Assembly (NCBI GenBank): GCA_963695095.1
Contig: CAVOFT010000001.1
Span: 2,944,001-3,008,000, forward strand
From: an uncultured bacterium
Lineage (GTDB): Bacteria; Krumholzibacteriota; Krumholzibacteriia; JACNKJ01
Length of the DNA: 64,000 nt
Reading direction: 5' to 3'
Positions 38,248 through 49,659 of the stretch are shown here, piece after piece (the first letter of the stretch is position 1; each line of letters opens with the position of its first letter). The notes beneath the pieces are model-generated. The model was not told where the DNA came from. It ran no database searches and saw only the letters and a list, made by a program, of their open reading frames with translations. The translations under genes were made by a program, and so were the position numbers.

Positions 38248-38865
38248 CTAGTAGAGCGCCTTGATGCTGCTGATCGTCGCGCCCTCGACCGGGATGTAGC
38301 CGCCCGGGAACTCGCAGAAGATGCCTTCGCGAGTCGGAGTCTCCACCACCAGGTTGTCCCAGTAAATGGTGGAGCCGGGATCCGTGTAGGTGCGCACCTC
38401 GACGACCAGGCCCGTATGGCCGCCGGTCATGGTCCAGGTGTAGCTGGTGACGTCCCAGCCTAGGCCGAGGCCGTAGTCGCTGTTGCCGCTGGCGCTGCCG
38501 TTGTAGGCGTTCACGTCCGTCGGGCTGTCGTTGTAGTGGCCCCAGATGCGGCCGCTCGGCGAAACAGCGGGCGTGTCGTCGTAGCGGGCGATGCTGGCCG
38601 TCACGACGTCGCCATCCATCAAGCCACGGATCCAGCAGACATAGCCCTGAGGCGTGCTGGTGTAATCGTCCACGGTCTTCAAGCTGTACATGCCAGCGTA
38701 GACGGGCTCGGGCGAGGTCACGTTGTAGGTGAGCATTCCGGGAGGCGAAAGCGGAAAGACGGACAGCAGGGTGCTCGTCCCATCCTCCCAGCCGAAGGTG
38801 AAGGTCTCCGCGGCGGCGGGGACCGCCAAGGCGACCAGAGCCAGAAGTAGAAGCAGTTTCTTCAT
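38248..38865 (-). CDS. Secreted hypothetical protein with C-terminal TISSIKALY tag
   Basis: MKKLLLLLALVALAVPAAA signal; jelly-roll-like sequence ending IYWDNL; ends PVEGATISSIKALY. Confidence 0.8.
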   Translation of the reverse strand: MKKLLLLLALVALAVPAAAETFTFGWEDGTSTLLSVFPLSPPGMLTYNVTSPEPVYAGMYSLKTVDDYTSTPQGYVCWIRGLMDGDVVTASIARYDDTPAVSPSGRIWGHYNDSPTDVNAYNGSASGNSDYGLGLGWDVTSYTWTMTGGHTGLVVEVRTYTDPGSTIYWDNLVVETPTREGIFCEFPGGYIPVEGATISSIKALY

Positions 38866-39020
38866 GCCAATCCCCCTAGGGTGCGATGCTTGATGTTCCA
38901 ACGGGTACGCGCGTAGTCCCGCCGCGCCCGCCCTCCGGGCCGGCCCTGGCGGAACGCTTCATCATACCATCTTCCATACCGGAGCGACAAGTCCGGCTAA
39001 GTGAAGTTTTCGCAAAGGGC

Positions 39021-40218
39021 CTACTTGATGACGCCCAAATCCTTGCCCACGGCCGTGAAGGCCGCGATCGCCTTGTCCAGCTGCGCCCGGTCGTGGGCCG
39101 CGGAGATCTGCACGCGGATGCGGGCCTTGCCCTGGGGCACCACGGGGTAGAAGAAGCCGATCACGTAGATGCCCTTGGCCAGCATGGCCTCGGCGAACTG
39201 CTGGCTGAGCTTGGCGTCCCCCAGCATGATGGGCACGATGGGGTGCACGCCGGGCACGATGTCGAAGCCGGCGGCGGTCATCTTCTCGCGGAAGTACTTG
39301 GTGTTGGCCTCGGTCTTGTCGCGGAGCGCCGTGCTGGCCATGATGATCTCGAGCGTCTTGAGCGCCGCGGCGACGATGGCCGGCGCCACGGTGTTCGAGA
39401 ACAGGTAGGGCCGGCACCGCTGGCGCAGCAGGTCGATGATCTCCTGGCGCCCGGTGGTGAAGCCGCCCGAGGCGCCGCCCAGGGCCTTGCCGAGGGTGGA
39501 GGTGATCACGTCCACGCGGCCGAGCACGCCGCAGTGCTCCACGCGTGCCGCGGCCGGTCGGGCCGAAGAAGCCGGTGGCGTGGGAGTCGTCGACCATGAC
39601 CATGGCGTCGTACTTGTCGGCGAGGTCGCAGATCTTGTCGAGCTGGGCGACGGTGCCGTCCATCGAGAAGACGCCGTCGGTGGCGATCATGATGCGCTTG
39701 GCGCCGGCCGCCTTGGCCTCGTCCAGCTGGGCCTTCAGGTCGGCCATGTCGTTGTTCGCGTAGCGGTAGCGCTTGGCCTTGCAGAGGCGGATGCCGTCGA
39801 TGATCGAGGCGTGGTTGAGCGCGTCGCTGATGATCGCGTCCTCTTCGCCCAGCAGCACCTCGAAGAGGCCGCCGTTGGCGTCGAAGCAGGCGGCGTAGAG
39901 GATGGTGTCCTCGGTGCCGAAGAACTCGGCGATCTTCGCCTCGAGCTCCTTGTGGATGTCCTGGGTGCCGCAGATGAAGCGCACCGAGGACAGGCCGAAG
40001 CCGTGCGTGTCCATGCCGGCCTTGGCCGCCTCGATGATCTCGGGGTTGTTGGACAGGCCCAGGTAGTTGTTCGCGCAGAAGTTCAGCACCTCGACGCCCG
40101 TGTTGAGCTTGATGGAGGCCTTCTGGTCGCTGACGATGATCCGCTCCCGCTTGTAGAGCCCCGCGGCCTCGATCTCGGCCAGCGTGGTCTTCAGCTCGGT
40201 GCGCACTTTGTCGAACAT
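39021..40218 (-). CDS. kbl: Glycine C-acetyltransferase (2-amino-3-ketobutyrate CoA ligase); frameshift near 39542
   Basis: [53 protein letters not shown]. Confidence 0.95.
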
Positions 40219-40268
40219 GGAATCCTCCTGCCCGCTACGCGCGGTGCGTCTTGAGATAGAGGGAGCGC

Positions 40269-41249
40269 TCAGGCCAGCAGGCCCGCCGCCTGCTTCTTCT
40301 GCAGGGCGGCCAGCATGTCCTTGGTCATGGCGTCGAGGTCGTAGGCCGGCTTCCAGCCCCACTCGGCGCGCGCGGCGCTGTCGTCGATGGAATTGGGCCA
40401 GCTGTCGGCGATCGCCTGGCGGCGATCCGGCTCGTACTTGCAGGTGAAGGCCGGCATCGCCTTGCGGATGCTCGCCGCCAGCTCGCCGGCCGAGAAGCTC
40501 ATCGCGGCGATGTTGAAGTCGTTGTGGTGCTTGAGCGACTCGAAGGGCGCGTCCATCAGGTCCAGCGTGGCCTTGATGGCGTCGGGCATGTACATCATCG
40601 GCAGCTTGGTGTCCTCGCGCACGAAGCAGGTGTAGTGGCCCTGCTTGACGGCGTCGTAGTAGATGGCCACGGCGTAGTCCGTGGTGCCGCCGCCGGGCAG
40701 CGTCTCGTGGCTGATGATGCCCGGGTAGCGCACGCCGCGGCAGTCGAGGCCGAAGCGCTTGACGTAGTAGTCGGCCAGCAGCTCGCCGGCCACCTTGGTG
40801 ACGCCGTACATCGTCGTCGGCTTGAGCACGGTCTCGTTGGGCGTCATCTCCAGCGGGGCGCCCGGGCCCCAGACGGCGATCGAGCTGGGCACGAAGATGC
40901 GCAGGAGCTTCTTCTCCACGCCCACGTCCAGCACGTTCTTGAGGCCGACCATGTTCACGTCCCAGCAGAGCGCCGGGTTCTCCTCGCCCACCGCCGAGAG
41001 GATGGCCGCCATGTGGTAGATGGTGTCGATCGCGTACTTGTCCACCACCTCGGCCACGGAGGCCTTGTCGGAGACGTTGATGAAGGCGAAGGGGCCGCCG
41101 TCCAGCAACTCCTTGCTGGGCTTCGTCTTGCGCCCGGTGGCGATGACGTTCTCGCCGCCGAACTTCTGGCGCAGGGCGACGGTGAGCTCGGAGCCGATCT
41201 GCCCGACGGCGCCGGTGACCAGGATTCGCTTCATCTGTCGGGTGGCCAT
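40269..41249 (-). CDS. tdh: L-threonine 3-dehydrogenase (SDR/epimerase type)
   Basis: [40 protein letters not shown]; directly upstream of kbl. Confidence 0.9.
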   Translation of the reverse strand: MATRQMKRILVTGAVGQIGSELTVALRQKFGGENVIATGRKTKPSKELLDGGPFAFINVSDKASVAEVVDKYAIDTIYHMAAILSAVGEENPALCWDVNMVGLKNVLDVGVEKKLLRIFVPSSIAVWGPGAPLEMTPNETVLKPTTMYGVTKVAGELLADYYVKRFGLDCRGVRYPGIISHETLPGGGTTDYAVAIYYDAVKQGHYTCFVREDTKLPMMYMPDAIKATLDLMDAPFESLKHHNDFNIAAMSFSAGELAASIRKAMPAFTCKYEPDRRQAIADSWPNSIDDSAARAEWGWKPAYDLDAMTKDMLAALQKKQAAGLLA

Positions 41250-41405
41250 GCCTAGCCTCGCTGGGTGGGTGTGGACGGACGCCTGCGGGGGCCGCGCGAC
41301 CCGCCCCCGGGGGCGGCCTAGGCGCGGCAAACCGGCGCCAATCTAGTGCAATCGGACCCGGGAATCAAGATGGGGCGGCCCGGATCCGCGTCTCCCACCC
41401 CCGAA

Positions 41406-41440
41406 CGAAAACGGGGAGGAGACCCGCAGGTCCCCTCCCC
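41406..41440 (-). terminator. Rho-independent terminator
   Basis: GGGGAG-GAGACC / GGTC-CCCTCCCC stem followed by GTTTTCG on the minus strand. Confidence 0.65.
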
Positions 41441-41507
41441 GATGCAGGCGCTTCTCCGCGTCCCCTCGCGCGCGAAACAACGCGCGCTTGGAGACGCGAA
41501 GGCGCGC

Positions 41508-43517
41508 CTACTTCAGCAAGAGCATCTTGCGGGTCTGCTCCCCGTCCGCGTGCTGGAGGCGGTAGAAGTACATGCCCGTCGCCAGGGTGTTGCCCGCGTC
41601 GTCGCGGCCGTTCCAGATGATCTCCTGCGGTCCCGCCGTCTGCGGCCCGTCCACAAGGGTCGCCACGCGGCGGCCGCTGGCGTCGAAGACCAGCAGCTTC
41701 GCGTCGCCCGCGCTGGGCAGCGTGAAGCGGATCGTCGTCTTCGGGTTGAAGGGGTTGGGCAGGTTCTGCTCGAGGCGCAGCGCGAAGGCTGCCGGCTCCT
41801 CGGGCACGCCCGTCAGATCCGGGTTCAGCCAGTTCATCGCCCGCTGCATGAGCAGCGCCCGATCCGCGGCGTTGTTGATCGCCTCGAAGCCGAAGCCCAG
41901 GTAGACGACGCGATAGGTGCCCGTGTCCGCGGCAACGGCGCCATTGTAGGTGGTGCCGTACCTGAAGATCACGTGCGCTGCCGCATCATAGGCGCTGATC
42001 GCGTCCGGGTACTCCTGGTTGTTCGCGCCGTCGCCGCCGCTGATCGTCAGCATCATGCCGTCGCTGATCGGATCGCCGGCCACGCCGTCCAGGGTGTAGT
42101 CGTTGGTGTCATCGAGCACGAAGTTGGCGTGCAGGTACTGGCGATACCAGGCCAGCACTGAGGACCCCAGCTGCGTCGCCAGCTCCCAGCCGACGTCCTG
42201 CCCGCTCACGAGGAGCGCGCCGCCGCCGTCCAGGTAGGCGCCGAGGGCGGCCCGGTCGGAGGCGTCCAGGGTCGGGAAGGCGAAGCCGACGTTCCAGACG
42301 ACGACGTCGAAGTTCGACAGCAGCGCGCCGGTCAGGGCCGCGCCGCTGCGATCCCAGATCGCGAAGCTGCGGCCGGTGCTGCCCAGCGCGGGGCCGTAGT
42401 AGCTCGACTCGAAGGTCTCGCCGCCGTCGTCGTCCACCAGCAGCACCTGCGTATCCGCCGTGATCGCCGAGTAGCGCAGCCGGCGATCGTCGGTCCGGTT
42501 GCCCTGGCTGTGGATGACCAGCTCCGCGGCGCCGCCGCCCGTTGCGCCGGTCTCGATGACGACGTTGTAGGTGGCCCGCTCGCCGGGCGCCAGCGTCACC
42601 TGGAGGGCGCTGTAGTTGCTGACGCCATCGGTGATGTAGGCGCTCCAGCTGCCGGGCAGGTCGCCGGTATCCAGGCTGAGATCGTAGGTGTCGGTGGCGT
42701 CGCCCACGTTGAACAGGGCGAAGTCGCCGAACTCATGGCTGCCGCTGGCCACCGCCACCCGGTCGCCCAGCGAGTAGTAGCGGAAGGCCCAGTCGCCGGT
42801 GGGCACCGACGTGCAGGACTGCTGCATCGCCTTGTCGCTGTCGCGCTGCAGGAAGGCGACGACGCGCATGTTGGCGGGGTTCCACAGCGGATCCATCGTG
42901 AAGTTGCCGGTCACGGTCTGCGTCTGCCCGGCCGTGTTGATGGTGACGGGCACGTCCGCGACGATGTCGCGCAGGACGTCCTGCTCGTAATCGCCGCTGT
43001 AGAGGCAGTCGTTCTCGATGATGCACACACGCACGCGCAGCGTGCTGATGTCGGCGACATCGTCCTCGAGATCGACCTTCACAGTGGCATAGGGGCTGGG
43101 GCCGAAGCTGTAGCCCGTGACTTCCATCGCCCAGGGCGTGGCGTCGGCGATGTGCGCCTGCACGATGGCATCGTAGGGCCCGCCGTCGATGACGTCGGTA
43201 CCGGCACCCACGAGCACCTCGGTGCCCATCCAGATCAGGGTGGGGAAGGCACTGACGCCGTAGTAGCTGAGACGCGCCATGCCGTCAGGGCAGCTGCCGA
43301 GACCGCCGCTTGAGCTGCTCAGGTAGCGAATGGAATTGAACTCTGTCCCGTCGTAACGGCCCGACATCACGGCCAGGCCTGCGTATGCACGCGGACAGTA
43401 GACTCACCAAGTCGCCGAGCCCATCTCGGCGATGACGGTGCGGGGCACCAGGGCGAAGGCCTGCGCGCTGATGAGCATCAGCAGCGCGGCGGCCAGGGTG
43501 ATCTGGAGACGCTTCAT
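41508..43517 (-). CDS. Putative secreted Omp28-like thioredoxin-fold selenoprotein (W-U38-V-Y-C), 669 aa, with C-terminal FlgD-Ig-like domain
   Basis: GGGAGG RBS, ATG 43517, signal peptide, VPRTVIAEMGSATW-TGA(43406-43404)-VYCP in frame with ORF 41508-43370; YGVSAFPT cis-Pro-like motif, VVAFLQ, PNPFNP...MLLLK. Confidence 0.85.
43378..43394 (-). promoter_or_regulatory. Candidate bacterial SECIS element
   Basis: Minus strand CC-GCGT-GCAT-ACGC-A-GG hairpin; core stem starts 11 nt after the in-frame TGA. Confidence 0.55.
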
Positions 43518-43675
43518 GGAACCCTCCCATGGGCAGTGAAGGAGCCTGACCTGCGCGCGCAGGCCGACCTGAGATCAGGATAATCCTACCATGTATGGCC
43601 GGCCGGCGCCCGTGGAAAGGTCAGTCGCACTGACTTTCAAAAACCGGCAACTAACCGCCCAAGCGCTCGAACGGG

Positions 43676-44011
43676 CTAGTGCGGCGAGCCGGCGGCGCAG
43701 TCCGGGCAGGGGCAGAGGGCCCGCAGGTGCTCGAAGGTGAAGATGCCCGTGTTGTGCCCGTCGCTGAAGACGGGCTGCACGGCATAGTGCCCCACGAGGG
43801 CCAGGCTCACCGGATGCACATCGGCGGCCACCCGCTCGGGATCGAGCAGGGGTGAGCCGCTCACCTCGTCCACGCAGCCGGCGCAGCGGCAGGCCAGGCG
43901 CAGCAGGCGCGCCGGATAGACGCTGCGGTGCCCGTCCGCCCAGTCGATGGCGACGTCGTGCTCGCCGTGGCGGCTGATCGATGTCGGACGCGTGCGGGGG
44001 TCGTCGGCCAT
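43676..44011 (-). CDS. DUF971 / gamma-butyrobetaine hydroxylase-like N-terminal domain protein
   Basis: WADGHRSVY, LRLACRCAGC, VGHYAV...FSDGHNTGIF. Confidence 0.9.
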   Translation of the reverse strand: MADDPRTRPTSISRHGEHDVAIDWADGHRSVYPARLLRLACRCAGCVDEVSGSPLLDPERVAADVHPVSLALVGHYAVQPVFSDGHNTGIFTFEHLRALCPCPDCAAGSPH

Positions 44012-44064
44012 GCCCACCTCTCTGCAGCCCGCTGGGCGCATTTGCACCCGCCCCCGGGGGCGGG

Positions 44065-45172
44065 CTAGAAGCTCAGCTTGATCTCGCCCCCCAGCTCGCC
44101 GCTGTGCGTGCGGATGCTGATCTGCGCCGCGAGCTGCGCGGCCAGGTCGCGGAAGGCCTTGCCGTGCGGGCTCTCGGCGTCCATGGCGCTGGGCAGCCCG
44201 CGGTCGCCGCGCTCGCGGATGCCGCCGGCCAGGGGCAGCTCGCCGAGGAAGGCGCAGGCCCATGGCCGCCGCCGCGCGCTTCGTGCCGCCGTTGCCGAAG
44301 ATGTCGTCGCGCTCGCCGCAGTGCGGGCAGGCGTAGTAGCTCATGTTCTCGACGAGGCCGAGCACGGGCGTCTTGAGCATCTCGAACAGCGTGATCGCCT
44401 TCTGCGCCACCTTGAGCGCCACGTCCTGCGGCGTGGAGACCACCACCGCGCCCGTGAGGGCCAGCTTCTGGCAAAGGCTGAGCTGCACGTCGCCGGTGCC
44501 GGGCGGCAGGTCGACGATGAGGTAGTCCAGCTCGCCCCACTCCACGTTGCCGAGGAACTCGTCCAGCGCCTTCGCGAGCATGGGCCCGCGCCAGACCACG
44601 GCCTGCTTCTCGTCGATGAAGAAGCCCATGGAGATCACCTTCACGCCGTGCCGGGTGACGGGCACGATGCGGCCCCCGCTCACCTGCGGCGCCTCGGTGA
44701 TGCCCATCAGCGCCGGCACGCTGGGCCCGTAGATGTCCGCGTCCATCAGCCCGACGCGCGCGCCCTGGGCGGCGAGCGCGACGGCCAGGTTCACGGCCAC
44801 GGTGCTCTTGCCCACGCCGCCCTTGCCGCTGGCCACGGGCACGATGTGCTTGACCCCCGGCACCTGCCCGCCCACCGGGCCCGTGCCGGCGGCCGTGCCC
44901 GCGCTCGGCCCCTGATGCCCGCGCACCTGGGCGGTCATCTTGATGTCCACGGACTCCACGCCGGGCACCTCGCTCACGGCGTTCATGGCCGCGTTCTTCA
45001 TCAGGTCCTTCACGGGGCAAGCCGGCGTGGTCAGCTCGATCGAGAAGGCGACGCGCCCGCCGGCGATCTTCATGTCCTTGATGAAGCCCAGGCTGACGAT
45101 GTCCTGCCTCAGGTCCGGGTCTTCCACGTGGCGCAGGGCGGCCAGCACCGCCTCTTCAGTGACCTTGCTCAT
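44065..45172 (-). CDS. mrp: Mrp/NBP35 (ApbC) Fe-S cluster carrier ATPase; frameshift near 44250
   Basis: [55 protein letters not shown]; corrected frame ends GEIKLSF-TAG. Confidence 0.92.
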
Positions 45173-45260
45173 GGCTTCTCCTTCGTCGGGTCCGGGCTGC
45201 CGGCGGCCGCCCTGCGGCTGCCAACGGCCCTTGCGAAAGTGGACGGCGCAGGCGCGCCCG

Positions 45261-47718
45261 TCAAGGCCGACCGGCCTCGCCGGCGCGGCCGGCCCCGCCG
45301 GCCCCGCTCGCGAAGAGCGCGGCATGGCGCAGCGGCGCGGCCGGCGCTCCCGTCTCGACGCGCAGGCCGGCCGTGAGGGTGAGCGCGGCCGGGGCCAGGC
45401 AGCGCTGATCGTCGCAGGCCTGATAGCTCAGGCGCAGGCGCAGCTCGCGCGGGCCGGGCGCGGCCGCCGGCCCGGCCGCGAGCAGGGCCCGGAAGCGCAG
45501 CTCCCCCACCGGCGCCGGCAGGCGCTGCGCTTCGCCGAGGCTGAGGCCCTCGCCGCGCGATGAGCTCGAGGCGCGGCGGGGCCAGCGCCTCGCCACCGGC
45601 GCCGCCCTCCAGGTGCCAGCCCGCGTCGGCCACGGCCCGCAGCAGGAGCGGCAGGCTCTCGCCGGGCGCCAGGCTCTCGCGGCCCAGGTAGAGCTCGGCG
45701 GCGACGGGCGCCTGGCGCCGGGCGTCCTCGGGCGGGCCCTCCGCGCCGGCCAGCGGCGCGAGGCCGCGCGCCGCGCCCGCGAGGTAGTCGGCCAGCGCGG
45801 CCTGCAGGCTGAGCGTGCCCCGCGGCGCCCGCGCCATCACCGGCTGGAATACCGTGAGGGCGGCCCGCGCCGCCTCGCGGTAGCGCGCCACGCCGCTCGC
45901 CTCGGCCAGGCGCAGCAGGACCTGCGCCGCCACGCCGTTGCCGCTGGGCAAGGCGCCGTCGTAGGGATCCCGGCGGCGGAGGAAGAGGACCTCCTCGTCG
46001 TCGGCCGTGAAGAAGAAGCCGGCGCCCGCGGGGTCGGCGAAGTGCGCGAGCAGCGTGTCGGCCTGCTCGCGCGCCGCGGCGAGCCAGCGCGCGTCGCCCG
46101 TGGCCTCGTGGAGCTCGAGCAGGCCGAGGGCGAGGAAGGCGTGGTCGTCCAGGTTGGCGGCCAGGCGCGCCTCGCCCTCGCGCCAGACGGCGAGCAGGCG
46201 GCCGTCCGCGCGCAGCGAGCCGAGGACGAAGTCCGCCGTCCGGGCGGCGGCCGCTATCCAGACGGGCTCATCGAGCAGGCGGCCCGCGCGGGCGAGGCCC
46301 GCGATCATGAGGCCGTTCCAGGCGGTGAGCACCTTGTCGTCGCGCTCGGGCCAGACGCGCTGGCCGTCGCGGGCCGCGCGCAGCGTCTCGCGCCAGGCGG
46401 CGAGAGCGTCGAGCGCGACGCCCTCGCGGGCGGCGGCCTCCGCGAGCGGCTGCGGCAGGTAGAGGATGCTCTCGCCCGTCGAGCGGCCGCTGGCTTCCTC
46501 GCGGAAATTGCCCGCGGCTTCCACGCCGTAGATGCGGGCGAAGCGCGCGGCGTCCGCCTCGCCGAGCAGCGCGGCCAGCTCGGCCGGGCGCCACAGGTAG
46601 AAGAGGCCCTCCTCGCCCTCGCTGTCGGCGTCCAGGGCGGCGTGGAAGCCGCCGGCGGCGTCGCGCATGTCGCGCAGGGCCCAGCCCGCGATGCCGCGGG
46701 CCACCGCGGCGAGATCCGCGCGGCCGGTGCGCCTGGCCGCCTCGGCGTAGACGGGCAGCAGGAGCGCGTTGTCGTAGAGCATCTTCTCGAAGTGGGGCAG
46801 GAGCCAGCGGGCGTCGGTGCTGTAGCGGTGAAAGCCGCCGCCGAGCTGGTCGTGGATGCCGCCGGCGGCCATGGCCGCCAGCGTGCGCGTCACGAGGTCG
46901 AGCAGGGCGGGATCGCCCGAGCGGGCGTGCTCGGCGAGCAGCAGGGCGAGGGCCTGGTGCGGCGGAAACTTGGGCGCGCTGCCGAAGCCGCCCTGGAGGG
47001 AGTCGAAATCGGCGGCGAGCTGGCCGAGGGCCGCGTCCACCAGCTCGCGGCCCGGCTCGCTGCCGCCGGCGGGCAGCTCGCCCTGGGCGACGATGGCCGC
47101 GGCGACGGCCTCGGCCTGCTTGAGCACCTCGTCGCGCCGCTCGTCCCAGACCTGGCGCAGGTCGACGAGCATCGTCTTGAAGCCGGGCTGGCGCGGGCCG
47201 CGGTCCTCGCGCGGAAAGTAGGTACCGCAGAACCAGGGCTTGCCGTCGGGGGTGAGCCAGAGCGAGTTGGGCCAGCCGCCGCGGCCGGTGAAGAGCTGCG
47301 TGGCCGTCATCATCACGGCGTCCAGGTCGGGAAGCTCCTCGCGGTCCACCTTCACGCAGACGTAGTGCGCGTTCATCAGGGCCGCCGTCTCGGCGTCCTC
47401 GAAGGACTCGTGCTCCATGACGTGGCACCAGTGGCAGGTGGAGTAGCCGACCGAGAGGAAGATGGGCCTGTCCTCGCGCGCGGCGCGGGCCAGCGCCTCC
47501 TCGCCCCAGGGATACCAGTCCACCGGGTTGCGCGCGTGCTGCCGCAGGTAGGGGCTGGACTCGAAGACGAGGCGGTTGAAGTCGGGGCCGCCGTCGGCGG
47601 GCAGGGCGGCGATGGCCGCGGCGTCGGGCAGGGGCTGGCGCATGGCGGGCTCCGTCTCCGCGCTCGCCGCGGCGGGCGCGGCGAGGCTCAGGGCGAGGAG
47701 TAGCGTTGAGAAGCGCAC
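45261..47718 (-). CDS. YyaL/DUF255 (SPATA20-like) thioredoxin + alpha/alpha-barrel protein with C-terminal DsbD-N-like domain; frameshift near 45560
   Basis: [53 protein letters not shown]-terminal YQACDDQRC in ORF 45261-45596. Confidence 0.9.
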
Positions 47719-47764
47719 CCCGCCAACATCGGCCCGCGGCAGCTATCCCGCAAGTGTCGACGAA

Positions 47765-48481
47765 TCAACCCATTCCGCTCTCGTTGTCCTGATCGCCACC
47801 GTTCGGACCCTCGCGCAGGCGGCGCCGCGCCCAGGGCACGAGGAGGGCGAGGGCCGCGAGCACGCCGAGCGCGATGGCCACGAGGCGCAGGGGCAGGGGC
47901 CCGCCGGCGAGGAGCTGGGCCAGGGCGTCGCTGCCGGCCACGTAGAAGAGGTGGCCGGGCAGCATGGCCAGCCAGGTCCAGAAGAGGTAGGTCCAGAAGC
48001 CCACGCTGCTGAGGCCGAAGGCGAAGTTGAGCAAGCTGTAGGGGAAGACCGGAAAGAGGCGGGCGAGGGCCACGGACAGGGCGCCGCGCGAGGCCGTCCA
48101 GCGCTCGACGGCCTGGAAGCCGCGGCGGTGCGCGAGGCGCCGGTGCACGAAGTCGCGGGCCAGGCCGCGCGCGAGCAGGAAGGCGAGGGCGGCGCCCAGC
48201 GTGGTGCCGGCGCTGGCCACGACGAGGCCCTTCAGCGTGCCGAAGAGGGCGCCGGCCGCGAGGGTGAGCGGCAGGCCGGGCAGGGCGGACATGCCCAGCA
48301 GGGCGAAGAGGCCCATGAAGACCAGCGCGCCGAGGCGATCGTGCGCGGCGATCCAGAGGCGCAGCTCGCCTAGCCCTGAGCCCAGGCCCAGCGCGTGGCC
48401 GACGACGAAGAAGATCGCCACGAGGAGCGGCAGCAGAACGGCGCGCAGGATCAGCGAGCGCGGGACGGCCGGCTTCGTCAT
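47765..48481 (-). CDS. TVP38/TMEM64 (VTT/DedA) family membrane protein
   Basis: LPGLPLTLAAGALFG, RLFPVFPYSLLN, MLPG. Confidence 0.9.
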   Translation of the reverse strand: MTKPAVPRSLILRAVLLPLLVAIFFVVGHALGLGSGLGELRLWIAAHDRLGALVFMGLFALLGMSALPGLPLTLAAGALFGTLKGLVVASAGTTLGAALAFLLARGLARDFVHRRLAHRRGFQAVERWTASRGALSVALARLFPVFPYSLLNFAFGLSSVGFWTYLFWTWLAMLPGHLFYVAGSDALAQLLAGGPLPLRLVAIALGVLAALALLVPWARRRLREGPNGGDQDNESGMG

Positions 48482-48703
48482 CGCTTCCACGCAGGCTCCT
48501 TCCGCGGCGGGCTGGGCCCTGCCGGCGCTCCGGCGGCCGCCCCCGGGGGCGGGTCGGCGGTCGCCCCCGATAGCGGGTCGGCCCGCGGCCGGCGGCGCCG
48601 CCACGCTAGACCATTGCCGCGGGTCGGGGCAAGAGCGGCGTGTTGACGGGCCGCCCCCGGGGGCGGATTGAATGCTAACTCACTGTTTAAGAAGCATTTC
48701 GAT

Positions 48704-48750
48704 GGGCTATTCACGGCGTGAATGGATATCATTCACGGCGTGGATAGCCC
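48704..48750. repeat. Imperfect inverted repeat built from two ATTCACGGCGTG(A/G)AT units
   Basis: GGGCTATTCACGGCGTGAATG-GATAT-CATTCACGGCGTGGATAGCCC. Confidence 0.7.
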
Positions 48751-48760
48751 GGCCGACTCA

Positions 48761-48860
48761 AAATGTCGGCACTTACCCCGCTCTGCCGACATTTCGCGTT
48801 GACAGCGGCTCAGATACCCGACGCAAAATGTCGGCATGACTCGTCAGAGTGCCGACAAAA
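48761..48860 (+). promoter_or_regulatory. Two TGTCGGCA-N12/13-TGCCGACA inverted-repeat operators flanking a TTGACA box
   Basis: 48764-48791 and 48829-48857; TTGACA at 48799-48804; the second repeat overlaps the abiEi start. Confidence 0.7.
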
Positions 48861-49475
48861 CGAGGCAGCCGAAGGGCGCCGCCGATCCGCTGGAGCTCCT
48901 CCGTGCAGCGGGTCTCGGCGCCTTCTTCCGGCCGAGCCAGCTCGAAGCAGGCGGGCCTCACCCGCGATCGGCTGCCGGCGCTGCTGCGGTCGGGCCGGAT
49001 CGAGCGCGTCGGCCGCGGGCTCTACCGCTTCGCGGACGCCGAGCCCAGCGCGGACTACTCGGTCGCCATGGCCTGCGCGCGGGTGCCCACCAGCGTGGTC
49101 TGCCTGCTCACCGCGCTGCGCATCCACGAGATCGGCACGCAGGCGCCGGCGGCGGTGTGGCTCGCGATCCCCCACAAGGCGCGGGTGCCCCGCCTGCGCG
49201 AACTGAAGCTGCGGGTCGTGCGCTTCAGCGGCAGCGCCTGGACACTCGGCGTCGAGGACACCGCGTTCGAAGGCGTGCCGGCGCGCATCACGTCCCCCGC
49301 GCGAACGGTGGTCGACTGCTTCCGCTTCGAGCGCCTCCTTGGCCCGGAAGTGGCAATGGAGGCGCTACAGGACGGCCTGAGGCGGCGCAAGTTCACGATC
49401 GCCGAGCTGTCCCGTATCGTTCAGGTCCTCCCGTCTCGCCGCCTGAGTGCGGCACTCGACCTGCGGTCGATCTGA
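48836..49475 (+). CDS. abiEi: AbiEi-family type IV TA antitoxin / transcriptional regulator; frameshift near 48950
   Basis: FRPSQLEA then GLTRDRL..L.RSGRIERVGRGLY, VVCLLTALRIHEIGTQ, ITSPARTVVDCFR. Confidence 0.85.
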
Positions 49476-49659
49476 GGCGCTGCCGGCGAGTGGGCTAATG
49501 GGTCAGTTTGCAAGCGCGGTCAATCGGTTGGCTTGGAATGCCTTGAAGGCGGCACGTAGGTTGCGACGGGTTCCGCTTCTGCTGTAGAATACGGTCGAGA
49601 TCGGCGAGGCGGCCCGATTTCCCCCTTCCCTCCCGCCTCCCCGAATCGGAGGGGTTGCT

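Noticed and set aside
43676..45325. Apparent Mrp-DUF971 fusion (549-aa ORF)
   Set aside because: Produced by an indel near 44250; the corrected Mrp stops at 44065 and DUF971 has its own RBS and ATG at 44011.
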